In this document: positions 1 to 13,760 of the stretch, piece by piece
Layout: the number at the start of each line of letters is the position of its first letter
How positions within the stretch are numbered: position 1 is the first letter of the stretch
DNA from: Paraspadella gotoi
Taxonomy: Eukaryota > Animalia > Chaetognatha
DNA: 64,000 nt
Reading direction: 5' to 3'
Assembly: GCA_051294375.1 (NCBI GenBank)
Contig: CM119263.1
Span: forward strand, 11,633,130 to 11,697,129
Made by a program: the position numbers and the translations under genes
Notes under the pieces: model-generated
The model's database searches: none
What the model was told of the DNA's origin: nothing
The model's input: only the letters and a program-made list of their open reading frames with translations

Positions 1-817
1 ATTAGGTATGTATAAATCATAAGATGAGATTGAGGTTTAGTGGAGTTTCATTCTGGTTTAACAAAAAAAAATTAAAAATTATTTACTTTGCAGTTATAAA
101 ACCATTATAGGCACCTTACAAAATTTTTAAATTTTTAAAAAAATTACTGACTTTTCTATAAGACAGACAGACAATTTGTAAAAAAACTGACTGACCGACC
201 GAAAAGAATCTTTCTTAGCCGCGGCAAACCGAATCTTTAAATGTGAAATAATATACCTCGGTTTTTGTCAGAAGAGTACAATGAGGGGGATGAGGGTAAA
301 AGCAAGAGAAAGGGAGATTTTAAACTTTTTCGTACGCCTTCAGAGGCATGCAATTATTTCTTTTTTTCGTTGCCATACTGACAGTTTTATATGAACAAAA
401 GAAAAGGACGAAAAACCGATGGCGCTCATTTGATAACGTGAGCTAATCGATGATCGGCTCCAATGGAAGAAAGGATGATGATCGCGACCCAAATCGAAAT
501 ATGCAAGAGGACGCTCAAGTCTCAAGTTCGGATCGAAAGAGCGCAATTTCGAGGCTCGAGTGGTCAAGGTTAGGATGAGAACCAATTGACAGGGATTGAT
601 GGGTTTACAAGCGAAACGGTTATATTAGTGCTTCGTGCTTTTTACTCTCTCTCCGACAAGGCAGAAAAAATTTCTTTTTTAGTTGAAGGTTTTATTATTT
701 ATATAAAGAAAAAACGGAATATTCTCTTTGTAAAGTTGGGTTGCTGATGAGAGGGTCATAGTCGAACCGAGCAAGAGAGAGATAAAACGTAAATTTTGTC
801 ACCAAAGCTGCGGAGGT

Positions 818-924
<107 letters not shown>

Positions 925-2760
925 TTATAAAACAACGTTGCGCCAGGATGACGCGGAGTGCAGCGGCCTGCTGCAGCAGAACCCCAAGTAGCATACTAAA
1001 AAAATGTGGACGCTGCGGCAGCAGGAGTATATTTACTCTGGACAAGCAAAATGTCTGAAGCAGCTTTTTTTGAAGGACAAAAAAAAAAAAATAGTGGTAA
1101 AAAAAGAGGGGAGAAAAGAGAGTGAAATTGAGGCTGGATCAGGAATTTTAAAAGGGTTTTACATGGGAGGCAGCAGAAACAGGTGGAGGACTGAAGGGAG
1201 ATTGGGTGTGGCTGTTGCAAATTATTGCCACGTAGCATCAGTGGACGATCGTAGATTAAGAGGGCGCGGAGGTGGATGCTTCACGTTCCTACAAATATAT
1301 TTTGTATTCAAAATCCAATCATATGAAAATTGAAAAATTACCTGAACTACTATGTTAGATTATTTTATCTTATCTTTTATTTTATTTTATCTTTCTTGTC
1401 GCAAATAAGCGTTTTTATAGTAATATGTATGAAATTGGTACAACCAATATATAATAAACTAAAATTTTAAAATGAACATTTTATAATTTTAAGACCCTAT
1501 TTGACTTCCTTTAAAAAATTTTTTTGACAATTTTGACTAACTTAATGTCTAAATTTTTAACTATAGCTTATACTTTCTTAAATCAATTTTTTATCAGGAT
1601 TTCAAATCCGTTCCTAAAATTGAAAAATATCATTTTAAAATTTTAGCTGATTATGCACAATATACAGGTTTTTGACTTAAAACTTACCCCTAATAAGAAA
1701 ATCTACTACTTCCTTCAAGTTACTGCAGCATAGTGCAGCTTAAGATAAAAACAATTTGAGGTACTAACTGATTGATATTGCTTGCTATATAATTTTAGCT
1801 TTTGCTAGAAATTTAATTTTTTAGTTGATAATTCCTTTTAGGGTATACTAACAGTCCCACAAGGTATAAATTCTTTATCTGATTAATTACAGAAGTTACA
1901 AAGGATTGCGAATATTCATTTACGTAGTTGATTTTTAATCATTTCGGCGAGGTGCAATCATGACTCCTTGCTTTCGTTTGCTTCCAATACTAATCTTTTT
2001 CCATATAGCAAAACGCAATACAATCCAAAAGATAGGAAAATCCTTAACGATTCTTCTGATATAAAAAAGGAAACAATTTTGTCAAACAATTTTGCGTGTG
2101 GGAGGATCAATTTGGGGGGGGTTAGATTCAAGTGACATCCAATAATTTTGGAAAACCACTGCTTGTTATTTTGTTTCATTTGAAAATTTAACGGCAGTTG
2201 TCTCCCAATCGCATTTCCGTGAACAAAACGCGTTAATTTCTCTTTAACGCTCCTGCTTTGTCTGTATTATCTACTATCTAGTTCTAGTAGGCTTGAAGCA
2301 GTTAATCTTCTTCTTGTATTTATTTTATCAAAAGAGAAATTTTTATAGTATTTTCTCTTAAAATTTAAGAAGGCGAAGATTATTTATTCCCCATACTCTA
2401 CCATATACCATATACGTAATATTTTTTTAAAAATTGTAAATCCAATTAAGATGGAGATTTTTTTTCTTACAGAAAAACAGTAAACCTTAGTAATAGTAAT
2501 AATAAACGAAAATAAGTGTCTTCTCTCCTCAATAAAATGCGTTCTTGCTACTTCCTAAAACTTTCTTTAATAAAGGAAAAGTAATGTTAACGACAGGTCG
2601 ATTAATTTGAAATCAAACATAATACATATATTCGACATTTTTCGATTTATTTTTTAAGTTGAAGGCTCTATATTTAAAAGAAATGAGTCAATATGTAATT
2701 TAAATCGGCGTTGGTTTAAGATCACATAAAATCACCTCCCGTTTTAACTCTTCTCTTACA

Positions 2761-3055
2761 GTCGGAGGTAGTGGCGTGCCTCTGTGATCCAGCTACTTGG
2801 AGACTGGGATCTCGGAATGGTCTGAGATCGGGAGTCCTGTGTCGTCATGTCTCATGTCGATAGGATGTCCGCTTGAAGTTCGGTGTCAATATGGTGACTT
2901 CCGCGGAGGCGAGGGTCACCAGGTTGTCTAAGGAGAGGTGAACCGGGCCAGAGTCGAAAGACAGCAGCTCAAAGCCTCCACGCCGAACAGTCAAGGGATC
3001 GCATCCTTGAATGAGCTTGGCGCCACAGCCCGTTCGATACGGCCGGACCAGGTTC
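2761..3055 (+). ncRNA. 7SL signal recognition particle (SRP) RNA gene
   Basis: ~295 nt colinear with metazoan 7SL: Alu-domain start GTCGGAGGTAGTGGCGTGCCTCTGTGATCCAGCTACT, conserved AAGTTCGGTGTCAATATGGTGAC, CACCAGGTTGTCTAAGGAGAGGTGAACCGG, and helix 8 CCAGAGTC-GAAA-GACAGCAG; followed by TTTTT. Confidence 0.95.
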
Positions 3056-3060
3056 TTTTT
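3056..3060 (+). terminator. RNA polymerase III oligo-T terminator of the SRP RNA gene
   Basis: TTTTT immediately after the 3' end of the 7SL-like sequence. Confidence 0.8.
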
Positions 3061-3959
3061 AAATAATCTAAGCAGTAGAAACCCATTTTTTTAAAGAAAA
3101 AATTAAATACCGGTGGGGTTCGAACCGGCGTAAACTTAGGACGTATGGTCTGTTTAAAAATTTTAGGCTTTATGTTATTTTACGGGAGCATGGCAGGTGG
3201 CAGCAGTAGGTCTTATTTTGCCTAAACTTGAATTTTGAAACGACAAAAGAACATCGACCATAGCTTGAGTCTCGACTCTGCGCAATTGAAAAAGATTGAG
3301 CAATGGAACGATGTGTTTTTGTTGCCTTTTTATATGTAATAAAAAAATAATTAAGCCTTTTTTGAAGGAAAAAATTTATAACATTATCATAAATTGAATT
3401 TTCGTTGTAGTAATATCCTTATAAAATCATAAAATTTCAAAATCAGGGGAAAGATAGCTTATTTATTAAATAAATGGATAATTTTTATATTGGTTGTACC
3501 AATTTCATAATAGTTTTTACTACAGAATATAAAAAAGTAAAGAATTTTGACCTTTTTTTCCATTTATGACGCTGAGGACATTGACATTTTTAATAACATA
3601 TTTTATATTTTTGATCTAACTTTTTATGAAGAATCAGATTTAATTCGATTTTTTTTTATTTTGTAAGGATATTGCTATAAATATATTGTAATTAATGATA
3701 CTGTTCCGCAAACAATATAAGCAAAATATTTTAATATTATATTTTAATCATACTATCTCACGTTTAAATATCCTTGTTTGTTCACTCAAATAAAATTAAT
3801 GATCCCCAATGCTCCACTCTAATTCGCATTCTTGTTTCGCCCTGCCCCCGTCCCCATTTCTCTCTCTCGCTCTCTCTCTCTCTCCCCTCTCTCTCTCTCC
3901 CTCTCTCTTTCTCTGATTCTATCTCTCTATCTTCCCGCGCGATCCTATGGCGCGTGAGT

Positions 3960-4333
3960 TCCGAGGCAACGCGTCACGTGCTCGTGGTAGATCACGTGCG
4001 CTTCAGCTAACGGAACTCGTTTTCCCATCGAGGTCTGGAGATATTCTCACTTTTTCTCTCTATCACACACAACCCAAGGCGCACACATAGCTTTCAGCTG
4101 ACGTCTCATTTCAAGTACTTCTTCTTCCTTATTTTTTTTGCGCGCGAGTTTTTCCTCCTTTTGATGAAAACAAAAGAAACGGATTTTTTTTTATTCATCG
4201 TTTTTTTTTATTGGGGACTGAAGTACTTCTATTCGAATAATACAGTATTTGTGTTTTCCTTAATATATTGTCTACTTTATTATAACAAATTCTTTTTGCT
4301 GGTTTCGATTTACGATTAATTTTCAGGTAATCA
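3960..4333 (+). promoter_or_regulatory. Possible promoter and non-coding first exon upstream of afadin
   Basis: Two TCACGTG E-boxes (CACGTG at 3975 and 3993), TGACGTC near 4099, an upstream CT tract and a CAG|GTAAT donor-like site at 4327/4328. Motif-only support. Confidence 0.2.
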
Positions 4334-5298
4334 GTACGATATCATCATCTCGATATTTTCATCCTGATTTACTTTTATTTCCGTGCGCAAACTCCATCCT
4401 TCCGGAAAAAAAATATCGAGTTTAGTATAAGTTTCTACGAAAATGTTTTCCTATCGTCATAACTTAGTCGAAAAAGACCCCGCATGTCTTATTTGACTCT
4501 TCGGATGTTTCTGCTTGATGCCAGAAATGTCCCCAAGTCCTCCTTCAAGTCGTCCTCTGCTTTTGTCTCATTTTGACTCGAAAGATAAAAATAAACGCGG
4601 AGCGAGAGATTGTGCCGTGATTTCCGCGAGTCGTCGAAGATTTATTTACACTTACAGGGCGACGAGCAGGATTCAAATGCCAATAGTTACCAGTGCCCAT
4701 GCATTACTATTACAATTTATTTAGTGTTGAGTTCATTTATAAAAATGCTACTTTTTAGATTTTTAGATTTCATTGGATAAAAAGGTTGAAATTTACATAT
4801 TACGTATTTTTAGAGAATGAAGTGCTGCCATGAGTGATTCAAAATTCTAGAAGAGAAATTATAAATCGAAATAATTTTTCGACGAATGGCAACGAAAATG
4901 AATTGGAAAAAAAATTGGATAGATGGGATGAAAAAGTAATGCAATTACAAAGGCGCCATGTGTTTCGTCTCTAAGACTCGAAAAGCGGATGTGCCGAATG
5001 GAAAATGTTTTGAGAATAAAAGAAAAAGATTTATTTTTGGCGTCGAGAGCGTTTTTTCCATCCGCGCCACGTTTTCTCGTCTATCTGGGGTGAGAGCCGC
5101 GGTCGGCACAAATTGCCAATTGTCGAAAAGATGAAAAACCATTGTAGCACAATGTCGCAACCAGCATTTTCTGTGCCGGAAATTCATCTTTTTTTCCTAC
5201 TCGTATTATTAAATTTTTAGTTTAAGAATTTTTTGACAAATCGCAATATTTAGGAAAAACAAAAAACCTAAAAAATTAAGTGATTAAAATGAAGACTT

Positions 5299-5495
5299 TG
5301 TGGCGAATCCTAAATTTGCCACCCGTAGAGCTTGGTGAAATAACGGCTCGTCCCGTTGGCTTGGACAGCTAAGTACTCCTTCACCACCCTTAAGACCCCG
5401 GTTCGAATATCCTCACGGTCACGGTTAGAGTGTGATTGTGTCGGTATAAAACCCTGAGCGCTAACTGTTGGGAGTACAGTTATTTTCCACTGTCA
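5299..5495 (+). mobile_element. Diverged copy of the B-box-containing LTR-like family (related to 19283-19540)
   Basis: TGTGGCGAATCCTAAATTTGCC...TGGACAGCTAAGTAC...GGTTCGAAT...CTCACGGTCACG matches the reverse complement of 19400-19540; the 3' end diverges and no TSD is seen. Confidence 0.7.
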
Positions 5496-6437
5496 TTTTC
5501 ATTTTTCATTTTTCTCGAGATAAGATGACCTTTTTTTCAACAATTTGTTTCTCTTGTTTTTTAGTTTAATTCCTTTTAATGAATTTGAAGCTCTTTCATT
5601 ATCCGAAGTCTTTGGGCCCTACTTCAGTCCAATCTGTTTGTTTTTGTTCTTGTCTCATTTGCTTTGTCTTTCCCTTCTGTCAGATCATATATTGTCTTAT
5701 TTCGCCCATTGTCAAGCGGCGCCTCTTCGCCGTTTCCCACGATGTTCCATCGTTTTTGGTTGTCGGGCGACTCGCGGCGCGTCATTTGTCTTCGTCATGA
5801 CTTTTCTCCTCCATCACGGATCTCTTTGTCTTTTCTTTCTTTTTACTTCTCTTTTTCTTCTTTGCTTTTTCACTTTTTTAAAAAGAAAGACTTGTTGTTC
5901 TTTTGCCGAAAAAGAAAAATTACGCACCTGCAAAAATAGCTCTCGACATACCGGAAATAAAGACAATGTCATGCCCGAATGGACTTAAATAATATATACT
6001 ATCATCGTGTTGGACATAAGCTTATTTAGTTTGTGTTTTATCAATAAAACTTTACTTGTGATTATGATTATTATCATTAATCATCGTTTGCTATTTTGTA
6101 TTAAACCTTTTTCTTCCCATACAGATAACTTTATATAATTATTGATTAGCCAGTGTCGGTTTTTTTTTTTTTAGTTAATATCTATTTCTTGAGTTCTTTA
6201 ACTTATTTAATTATTTATGATGCCTTTGGCCGTCCTCACTTTTTGCTGCAGGTTGAGCATGAATTTAGAAGAACTATAACTGAATGCGGTCACATGGTAA
6301 GAAAGTAAATTCGGCATATTTCGTGTATTACCTAATTTCTTTACTTCATACTTGTGTAGTCATTTGATCATCAGGAAATGCGTCCACGAAAGTAAGTCAC
6401 TGGGGCGCATCACCCCAAACTTTCCAGCCTGTAACAT

Positions 6438-6512
6438 GGTGTTACAACCTGATCCGAAGCTCAGGGACTGCTTAGTGCTTATATTGAACGGTTCTGTCAC
6501 TAACACATAACA
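6438..6512 (+). repeat. Conserved repeat module shared with 36072-36139 and 36184-36246
   Basis: GGTGTTACAACCTGATCCGAAGCTCAGGGACTGCTT...AACGGTTCTGTCACTAACACATAACA occurs in three related copies. Confidence 0.75.
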
Positions 6513-7028
6513 TTAATTACTGTCACTTTATTATCTAATTTGTGCTTAATAAAAAAGTCTATACATTTAATCAGTTTTTCTATCGCAAATCGAAAGATCC
6601 CCAAAAGTCACATTTCAAGATATCTATTGTTTCATAATAAAATGGTTGTTGCTTTCATTTTTTCTTTTGTTTTTTCTCACTCGTCACATTCTTGTTATCC
6701 CTTCCTCACCGATCATATCATCGGTCCCTTCCCGCTCATTTTCTTAAACCCACTCCAGCCTTTTCTCTAATTCCATCCAATTTGCCTTAAACATTTCTTG
6801 CGCTTCCTCATTCAGCCCTCGTCGTTTTCGCTCGTCCGTTTCCCACTTTGACTAACTACCTTCGCTCTTCGTTGCTACTTAGGTACTATTTTAATAAAAA
6901 GTATTGGGGCACACCTCACGACCGCAAGTCTTTCTTGAATTTATTTATACTAATATTTGAATATATTTCTTAACAATTATTCCATATTAAATGTATAGAA
7001 AACCCTCCGTCTCAGTTGCATTCCTATA

Positions 7029-7067
<39 letters not shown>

Positions 7068-7803
7068 GCGACGTGCCTCTCGGGTCATCGCCTCATCAGC
7101 CGTCCCCCCGTCTCCACGCTGATCCCGTATCAAGTCAAAATCCTAGACCGCTCGCGCGGAACGTTTCACCATTTCTTTCGGGTCAACTTAACCCAAACGC
7201 CTCGCTTTTCAAGACACTTACTCTTTCACGCCCGCGTTGTCACATCATTAGACTGTCAAGCAGTTTTCACTCTACTTCCGTCTGGCATCGAAAGTTTTGA
7301 CCTTTGAACTAAGCTTAGTAAAAAGTCCTGTTGCGAACCAAACTATTTTTTCACAGCTCATATAGCGTGACTTTCAATTACCCAGTCTCGCCCTTGCCTC
7401 ACCCCTTTGCTAACCTCACATCCACCGCCACCTCGTCTTTTGCTCCCTCTCACGTCTTCACCACAGTTCGCGGTTTTCCGCCGCCGAAAATCCCTAGCGG
7501 ATCTATTTTGGAGGTGAGCCACGATTTGAGGTCGAATGAAAAAGATTATGGCTCAAGTTGAAAATATTTATATAAAAAATAAAACTGAAGTTCCGAACTT
7601 CCGACGTGCGACGAAAGAGCCTTTCTTTTTTTCCTTTTTCCCTTTAAGTTTTGTCTTTTACTCTTTTTTCTCTTTCCACTTCCCACGTCTCTTTACTAAT
7701 TCTCTTCTAGATCCTCCCAATCTTTTTTGTAGCTCTCCTGAGAATTGTCGTGATTAAAATTTTGCTGATGAACTACTATACTAAGAAGTCAAAATTCGAA
7801 ATA

Positions 7804-7869
<66 letters not shown>

Positions 7870-8638
7870 CCTCCATTCCTTTTTCTTCTTTCAACGAGAG
7901 GCCTTTAAAAACTGGTCTGGCGCATCCATCCCTTTTCCTGTTTCTTCATAGAGTCTCGTTACTTTTTTAGGCGAATCAGCAAAAAATGTCTTTCTTCACA
8001 AAAACTTTTCTATTTTCTTTTTGTGGCTTCGGAAGTAAAAAGTTTCCTCCTCGATTATTGCTTCCTTCACTGAGCGCGAAATTCTTTTGTCTTTGTGAAA
8101 TCTTCAGTCACGTTTCTGCAACGAGGCTTTTTTTTTTCGTTCTTCTATATTCTTTATTCTTCGCCAATAAATTCTAGTTCATTTTGCGGCGCCTTGGCTG
8201 GAATCGTTGGCACATTATAAGTTAACATCACTACATTGATTCTGACACTTTCACACTGACACACATTTACTCGAAAGGAAACAATCGAGTTCCGTTAACT
8301 TAGACTCCGCTTGGACTCGTTCCAATTTTCTAAGAATCGTTTTTCGAAGTCATTCTCACTGTTTTTTCAAATTTCTTTTCTTTTCTTAATTTTCTTTGTG
8401 TTTTAAAAACTGAATCGAAATAAATATCATTATCATTATTTTCTTCATATGTTTTAAAAGAATATTCTCCCTTTTTTTATTATTGTTTTAAACGTTCTTC
8501 TTACAAACAAACTCACTCAAATCGGTCGCCCTTAAGTGTCTCGACCGCCATTTTGTTGGCGCAGGATTTGGAATCTTTAAGGAAAGAGGGTTGCGGTAAT
8601 GTTGTTACGTATATGCTCTCTTTCTCCTTCTCTCCTCT

Positions 8639-8713
<75 letters not shown>

Positions 8714-9651
8714 TCTCTCTCTCTCTCTACTCTCTCTCTCACTCTCTGCCTTTTTCTTTCTCTGCTTTCTCGCTCACATCCGACCCATCTTCTCCCGAGG
8801 AAAAGGTCACAATCGAGGGAATAAATTGTTTCGCTCACCTGCTGACCCATTTCAGTTTTCTGTTCTCTCGCTGCTCCGCTGACAAAAGCGTCGTCGTTAT
8901 CTTTACTGATAAAACGTCTCACTGCGCCGCGATGCCGCGGTGGTCTCCATATTTTTTGGTCACACACTTTCACGCTTTTACCCCCGCCCTCTCGCACTCT
9001 TTCTCTTACCCCTTTTTCTCTTACTGTCACGAATATTTTTCTTTTAACACAGATCAGCTCGCAATCGACGTTGTGATTTGGTTGTTTTATATCGCATTAA
9101 CTTTTAATACTTCACAAATCCGTTTTTTTAAAAATTTGCAAAATAAAAACAAAACTCTATACCGAGTAATTAAAGGAATAACAGCGACATATTTCGACAA
9201 CCATTATCAGAGCTTCATAGCAAATAAATTTGCAAACGACAATATATATATTTTTTCAAAACAAAATCCAGTCAGACATGGAACAACGATAGATTTTAAA
9301 TACAATTCTAGTTAAAATTCCAAGTAGTAGTAATTCACGTTGACTAACTTCTGAAAAAAATTGTATCATAATAAAAATTGGAATCAAATTAAAATCAAAT
9401 TAAACAAAAACGAACACGAAAATTATCGTAAAAAACCTAAAATCTTGAAATCTCATTTATGTGCGCTGTGAGAGAAATGATCATTTTGGTTTCATTTCAT
9501 TTTTTTATCGAAAACGATGACAACGGCAATAAAAAAAATACTACAGCAACTAAGAAACCGTAAAGCTACTAACTTCTGGTCGTGAAGGAAAAAACAAAAG
9601 GCCTCCGATCCCACGCGCGACCGTCCGATCGTAAAAAAAAATAATTTCGTG

Positions 9652-10044
9652 ATGTCCTCGCTTGGATTTAACGCCCCTCGCCTCACCGCCGCTTCCGCCG
9701 CCGGATTTTCTTCCCGCGACGCCGCTGCCTCTTCCGCGGCCGCGTCGCTACCGCCGCCGCCGGCGCCCTTCGCCGACGACGCCGCTCTGCCTCCGGCTAC
9801 GCGATGGAACAACGGCGCCGCCTCCTCGCGGGTCGCCAGGGGAGCCGCTCCCCGCGCCCCCTCGGCGCCGCCCCGCGCCGCTTATCGCGAAACCGGCGCA
9901 TCCGGGCATGCCGGCGTCTTACAGTCGGGAACGCCTCCGCCGGGAAGCGACGCCCACCGAGAGGCGAGGGAGAATTTATTGGAGGCGATTCGAGAATGGA
10001 ATGCCAATCGGTTGGACCTCTTCGAAATCACCGAACCGGACGAG
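9652..10044 (+). CDS. AFDN: Afadin (AF-6/canoe) first coding exon
   Basis: ATG at 9652, 131 codons ending REARENLLEAIREWNANRLDLFEITEPDE, which matches the afadin N-terminus (human ERRKLADIIHHWNANRLDLFEISQPTE). Phase-0 donor GAG|GTGAGT at 10044/10045. GC-rich island. Confidence 0.88.
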
Positions 10045-13000
10045 GTGAGTTCGGGAAAGGCGGGTCTCGTCAAAGATAAAACAAGCAAAAATAAGAGGCG
10101 AGCCGATGAGGCTTCAGTTAAGTAAAGGAATAAGAAAAACTCATGTGTTCGTGGATTTGCAATCAGTTTCATCTTTTTACCCTCGGAAGAAAGAAAGTAA
10201 GGGAAAAAAATGAAATGATAATTATAAATCTATAAATGCATCAATCAATTAATCAAATAAATTAATAAAAAAATAAACAAAGAAACAAATTAAGCAGTCA
10301 AGCAAACAAGAACGAAAAAGATAAGGAAAACAAGATAAAAAAAAAAGAGGAAGAGAAATTTGCGTGGGAGCCTAATAAAGACGAGAGGATCCATTAAGGC
10401 GAAACAAAATTTAAATTCAGAGAGAAGAGGAAGAAATAAAAAAAAATTCGGAATTTCGATTCGTTTTTCGCAAAGACCGAGCGAAGCAGAAGCGGGCAGT
10501 GACGGGCAGATGACTGTCATGAGCAGTGGGTCGAGTCGGAGACCGATTAGACAATTGAAAGCAATTCTGGTGAGAAACTTCGAATCCCTCACGTTAAAGG
10601 AAAAGACTGAGGAGGACTGGGGCCTGTGGACTGGCGAGGCTTCGACTGGGAGTAAGACAGAGAGAAGGGTACCGCATCTCGTTTCTTTCCGAGGACCATC
10701 ATAAAATTGTTGAGCGTTTTTGAGGGAGCATCCTTCGACTGGCCTTCCCCCCCTTCCCCAAGTCTCCTCGTCTTGGGGCGCGAGCTTAAATTTCCATCCC
10801 GAGGGTCGAGGGGGAAGAGTACAAGAGTCGTAAAAGCGTCGAGTACGCGGCCTCGCGGCTCCCATGGCGGACACGTCGCCGCGCGCTTGTGTAACGAAAA
10901 GTCATTAAATTGCGCTGCTCTCCGTCACGCTCCGTTACGCTCCGTCACGCTCCGCAGCGATGCATCGACATCCGCGAATTTCTCAGAAATTCCTCCCGGG
11001 CGATTCATTTATGTATTTTCACATTTGAAATTTCCTCTAGCCTCAAGGGATTCCGTCATTTTAAATTCGTTCTGTAGATATTTATATTTTTATTTTTAAA
11101 ATTAGTAAACTATGTGACACGACTGAAGTTAAGAAAACTACCTCGCTAAATGATTTATTTCAGAATGCTTTTTTTTTTTTAAAGTCTGATCCATCGTGGT
11201 GGCAACAAACCCAGGGAAATTCCCGCTGAGAAACAAGTTAAGAAAATATTGTATTTATATTCCGACTCCCGGAAAAAGTTTAGATCCTGAACAAAGGGGG
11301 AAAAATATTCAATTCTTCAAAAACTGTTGCCTTTTTTTTTGTTTGTTTTTTTTGCCGGAAACGTCATTTCAGTCCTGGAAAAAATAATAAAACTTTTTTA
11401 TAAACTTTTTTGAACGAGCAGTCTCCGAGTTGAATTTAAAGGAACTTAATTGTTACTCAGTTAACTAAGTTGTTGACATATAGACGACTCTTCCTCTCTC
11501 TTACTCTCTTCTTTTTCGATCGAAGCTTTCCACCATCACCTCCCACCTTTCCTCCCTTCTTTTCTTTGTTCTCCGGTAATTCGTATTCATCCAATTCTGC
11601 TCTTCTACCTCGGCATTAAAAATTCCAATCATACGCGACGCCAGTTAAAAAAAAACCAAAAAACAAAACAGTGATAACAGGGACGACGACCTGGATGACG
11701 ACTTCGTCAACAACAACAATAATCCCAACAACAACAACGACGACGACGACGCAGAGGAGGAAAGTAATTCCGGTGGAAAGAAGGAAAGGAGAGCAAACGA
11801 TGCATAAAAATCAAATTCGCTCGACGACAGATTTTTTTTTTCATTTCTACGTATTTTCTTTTGTTAACTCGAAGCTGATTTTTTTTTTTTAATTTAGACG
11901 CGAATAATTAGGCCTGAGTGGTTGTACTAAAAGCTTTAATGACACGTGAGGGTTCTGAAAGAGTAAAAAAAAAAACAAACTTATAATGCTGACTTCGTAG
12001 AAATCACGTATACCAACTATATAACGTTCTCATAATATTAAGTAAATGCAAATGCTACGTACTGCTTACATACATCAGTTAAAATATGTTCAGGGTTTAA
12101 ATCAAAAAAAGGAAGAAAAAAAAATGAAAATAAGAAGACAAAAAGTTTGTCGGTTATTGATTTGTCAAAACTATTATTGCCCCAAACATTTTTAAGTAGG
12201 TGCGGTTGGAAGGAGACAAGCTCTCGAAAGGATTAATTAATTAAATAATTAATTGATTGATTTATTGAATTATTAATTGATTGATTGATGGTTAATTGAT
12301 TAATTGATTGATTGATTGATTAATAGCGAGCAGAGAAACGAAAAAAGAATAATAGGGATAATAGGAAAAAAAATGAAGGAAGAAAGATAAAAGTGAGGAA
12401 TGGATGAGACAACAAAAGAAATCGAGAGAAAGAGAGGAAAAGAGAGAGAAATAAGAAAGAGAAAGAGAGAGAGATAGTGAGGGAGAATGAGAGAAAGTGG
12501 GAGGGAAAGAGAGAGTAATGAAGAAAAAACGACAATGCCCGTTGTGAGTCGAGAGAAGGGCTCTCTAGTTGGACGGATTTTTATTCTTCTCGACAATTCG
12601 ACGCCATTTGACTTTTTTTTTCTTTTTTGTTCCTTTTTTTGTTATTTTTCTTTTAGGAGGTTGAGTTCCTTTTTCTCTTAAAGAAAAAAACGGGTCCGTC
12701 TCTGACAAGATCTCCAACCCTCGATTTCACCTCAACTTCTCCCGATCTGCTCTTTGAGTTCGCTGTTCACTGTTCACTGTTCACTGTTCGCCTTCAGTTA
12801 CAGTTCCTCTTCAAACAATAATTCGTGTGTGATTACTGATACAAATTTTTTGTGCGCCCATCTGCAGGAAACATCGTTAAATTAATGTGACAATATTTTT
12901 TTAGTTTTTTAAATTTTATTTAATGATTTGAATACTCCGAACGGTGAAAAACGGTTCTGGGCAAGAGTCGAAAAAGGCTCTTCCCTCTTTCACTTTCAAC

Positions 13001-13760
13001 TGACATCACGTGGGTGATTAATGAAAATTCTCGCGACGACTTTAAAGACTCAACTACCGTCACTCGAAATACAGGGACTTCCAACCGGACCGATACGAAA
13101 AGACTTGATTAAACTCGTAATTCTTTCACTGCATATTATTTTTATAACATTTATTGGTTAGAAAACTACTTGACGTTTATGTTGACCTAAACAAATGTTC
13201 AAATTTCTTAATAGTGTGATGAGTATGATCACAGTGGCTCTCAAGCGCGGAGTCACTTTTCTTCATTTTTTTCGTTCAAATTTAATCTCTACAGAAATTG
13301 TTATTTGGCTGTAACAAGAATCGGCAAGAATTAAGTGACTAATGACTATACACGTGCATCTTGTTGCTTATTACTTCAATAGTAAGTTTTAAGCAAAACC
13401 AAAAAAAATAATTTTTAGTTTTTAGTTTTTAATTTTTATTTTAATTTTTGGTTTTTAATTTTTTATTTCATTCATTTTTATTTATCTTTATTAGAGCTCA
13501 AATTTACTCAGGGAAAAAAAAGAGGGAGAGAGAAGCTTCCTTGGAAGAAAGTTTCCAGTTTGGCGGATTTGACGCGGTCAATTAAAATCAGGACCACGGA
13601 TCCCCAAAGGTTGAGATTCGGAATAACGATTCAAATCTGATTCTGAACAGAAAACCAGAGCATTATCAAGACAGAAAACGAAAAACCAAATGTTGTAAAT
13701 GAAAACCGTACAACCGTGAGAAACGAAATGAACAAATAATCATAAGAATACATTTTTGGA

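Noticed and set aside
3108-3135. GGTTCGAACC B-box/T-loop motif just after the SRP gene
   Set aside because: No complete cloverleaf on either strand; at most a tRNA-derived fragment.
8553-9315. Long ORFs rich in SLSL/ERER/FLSF (also 20910-21248, 32378-32802, 42611-43001, 61960-62664)
   Set aside because: Translations of (CT)n/(GA)n/(CTTT)n microsatellites with no domain signal.
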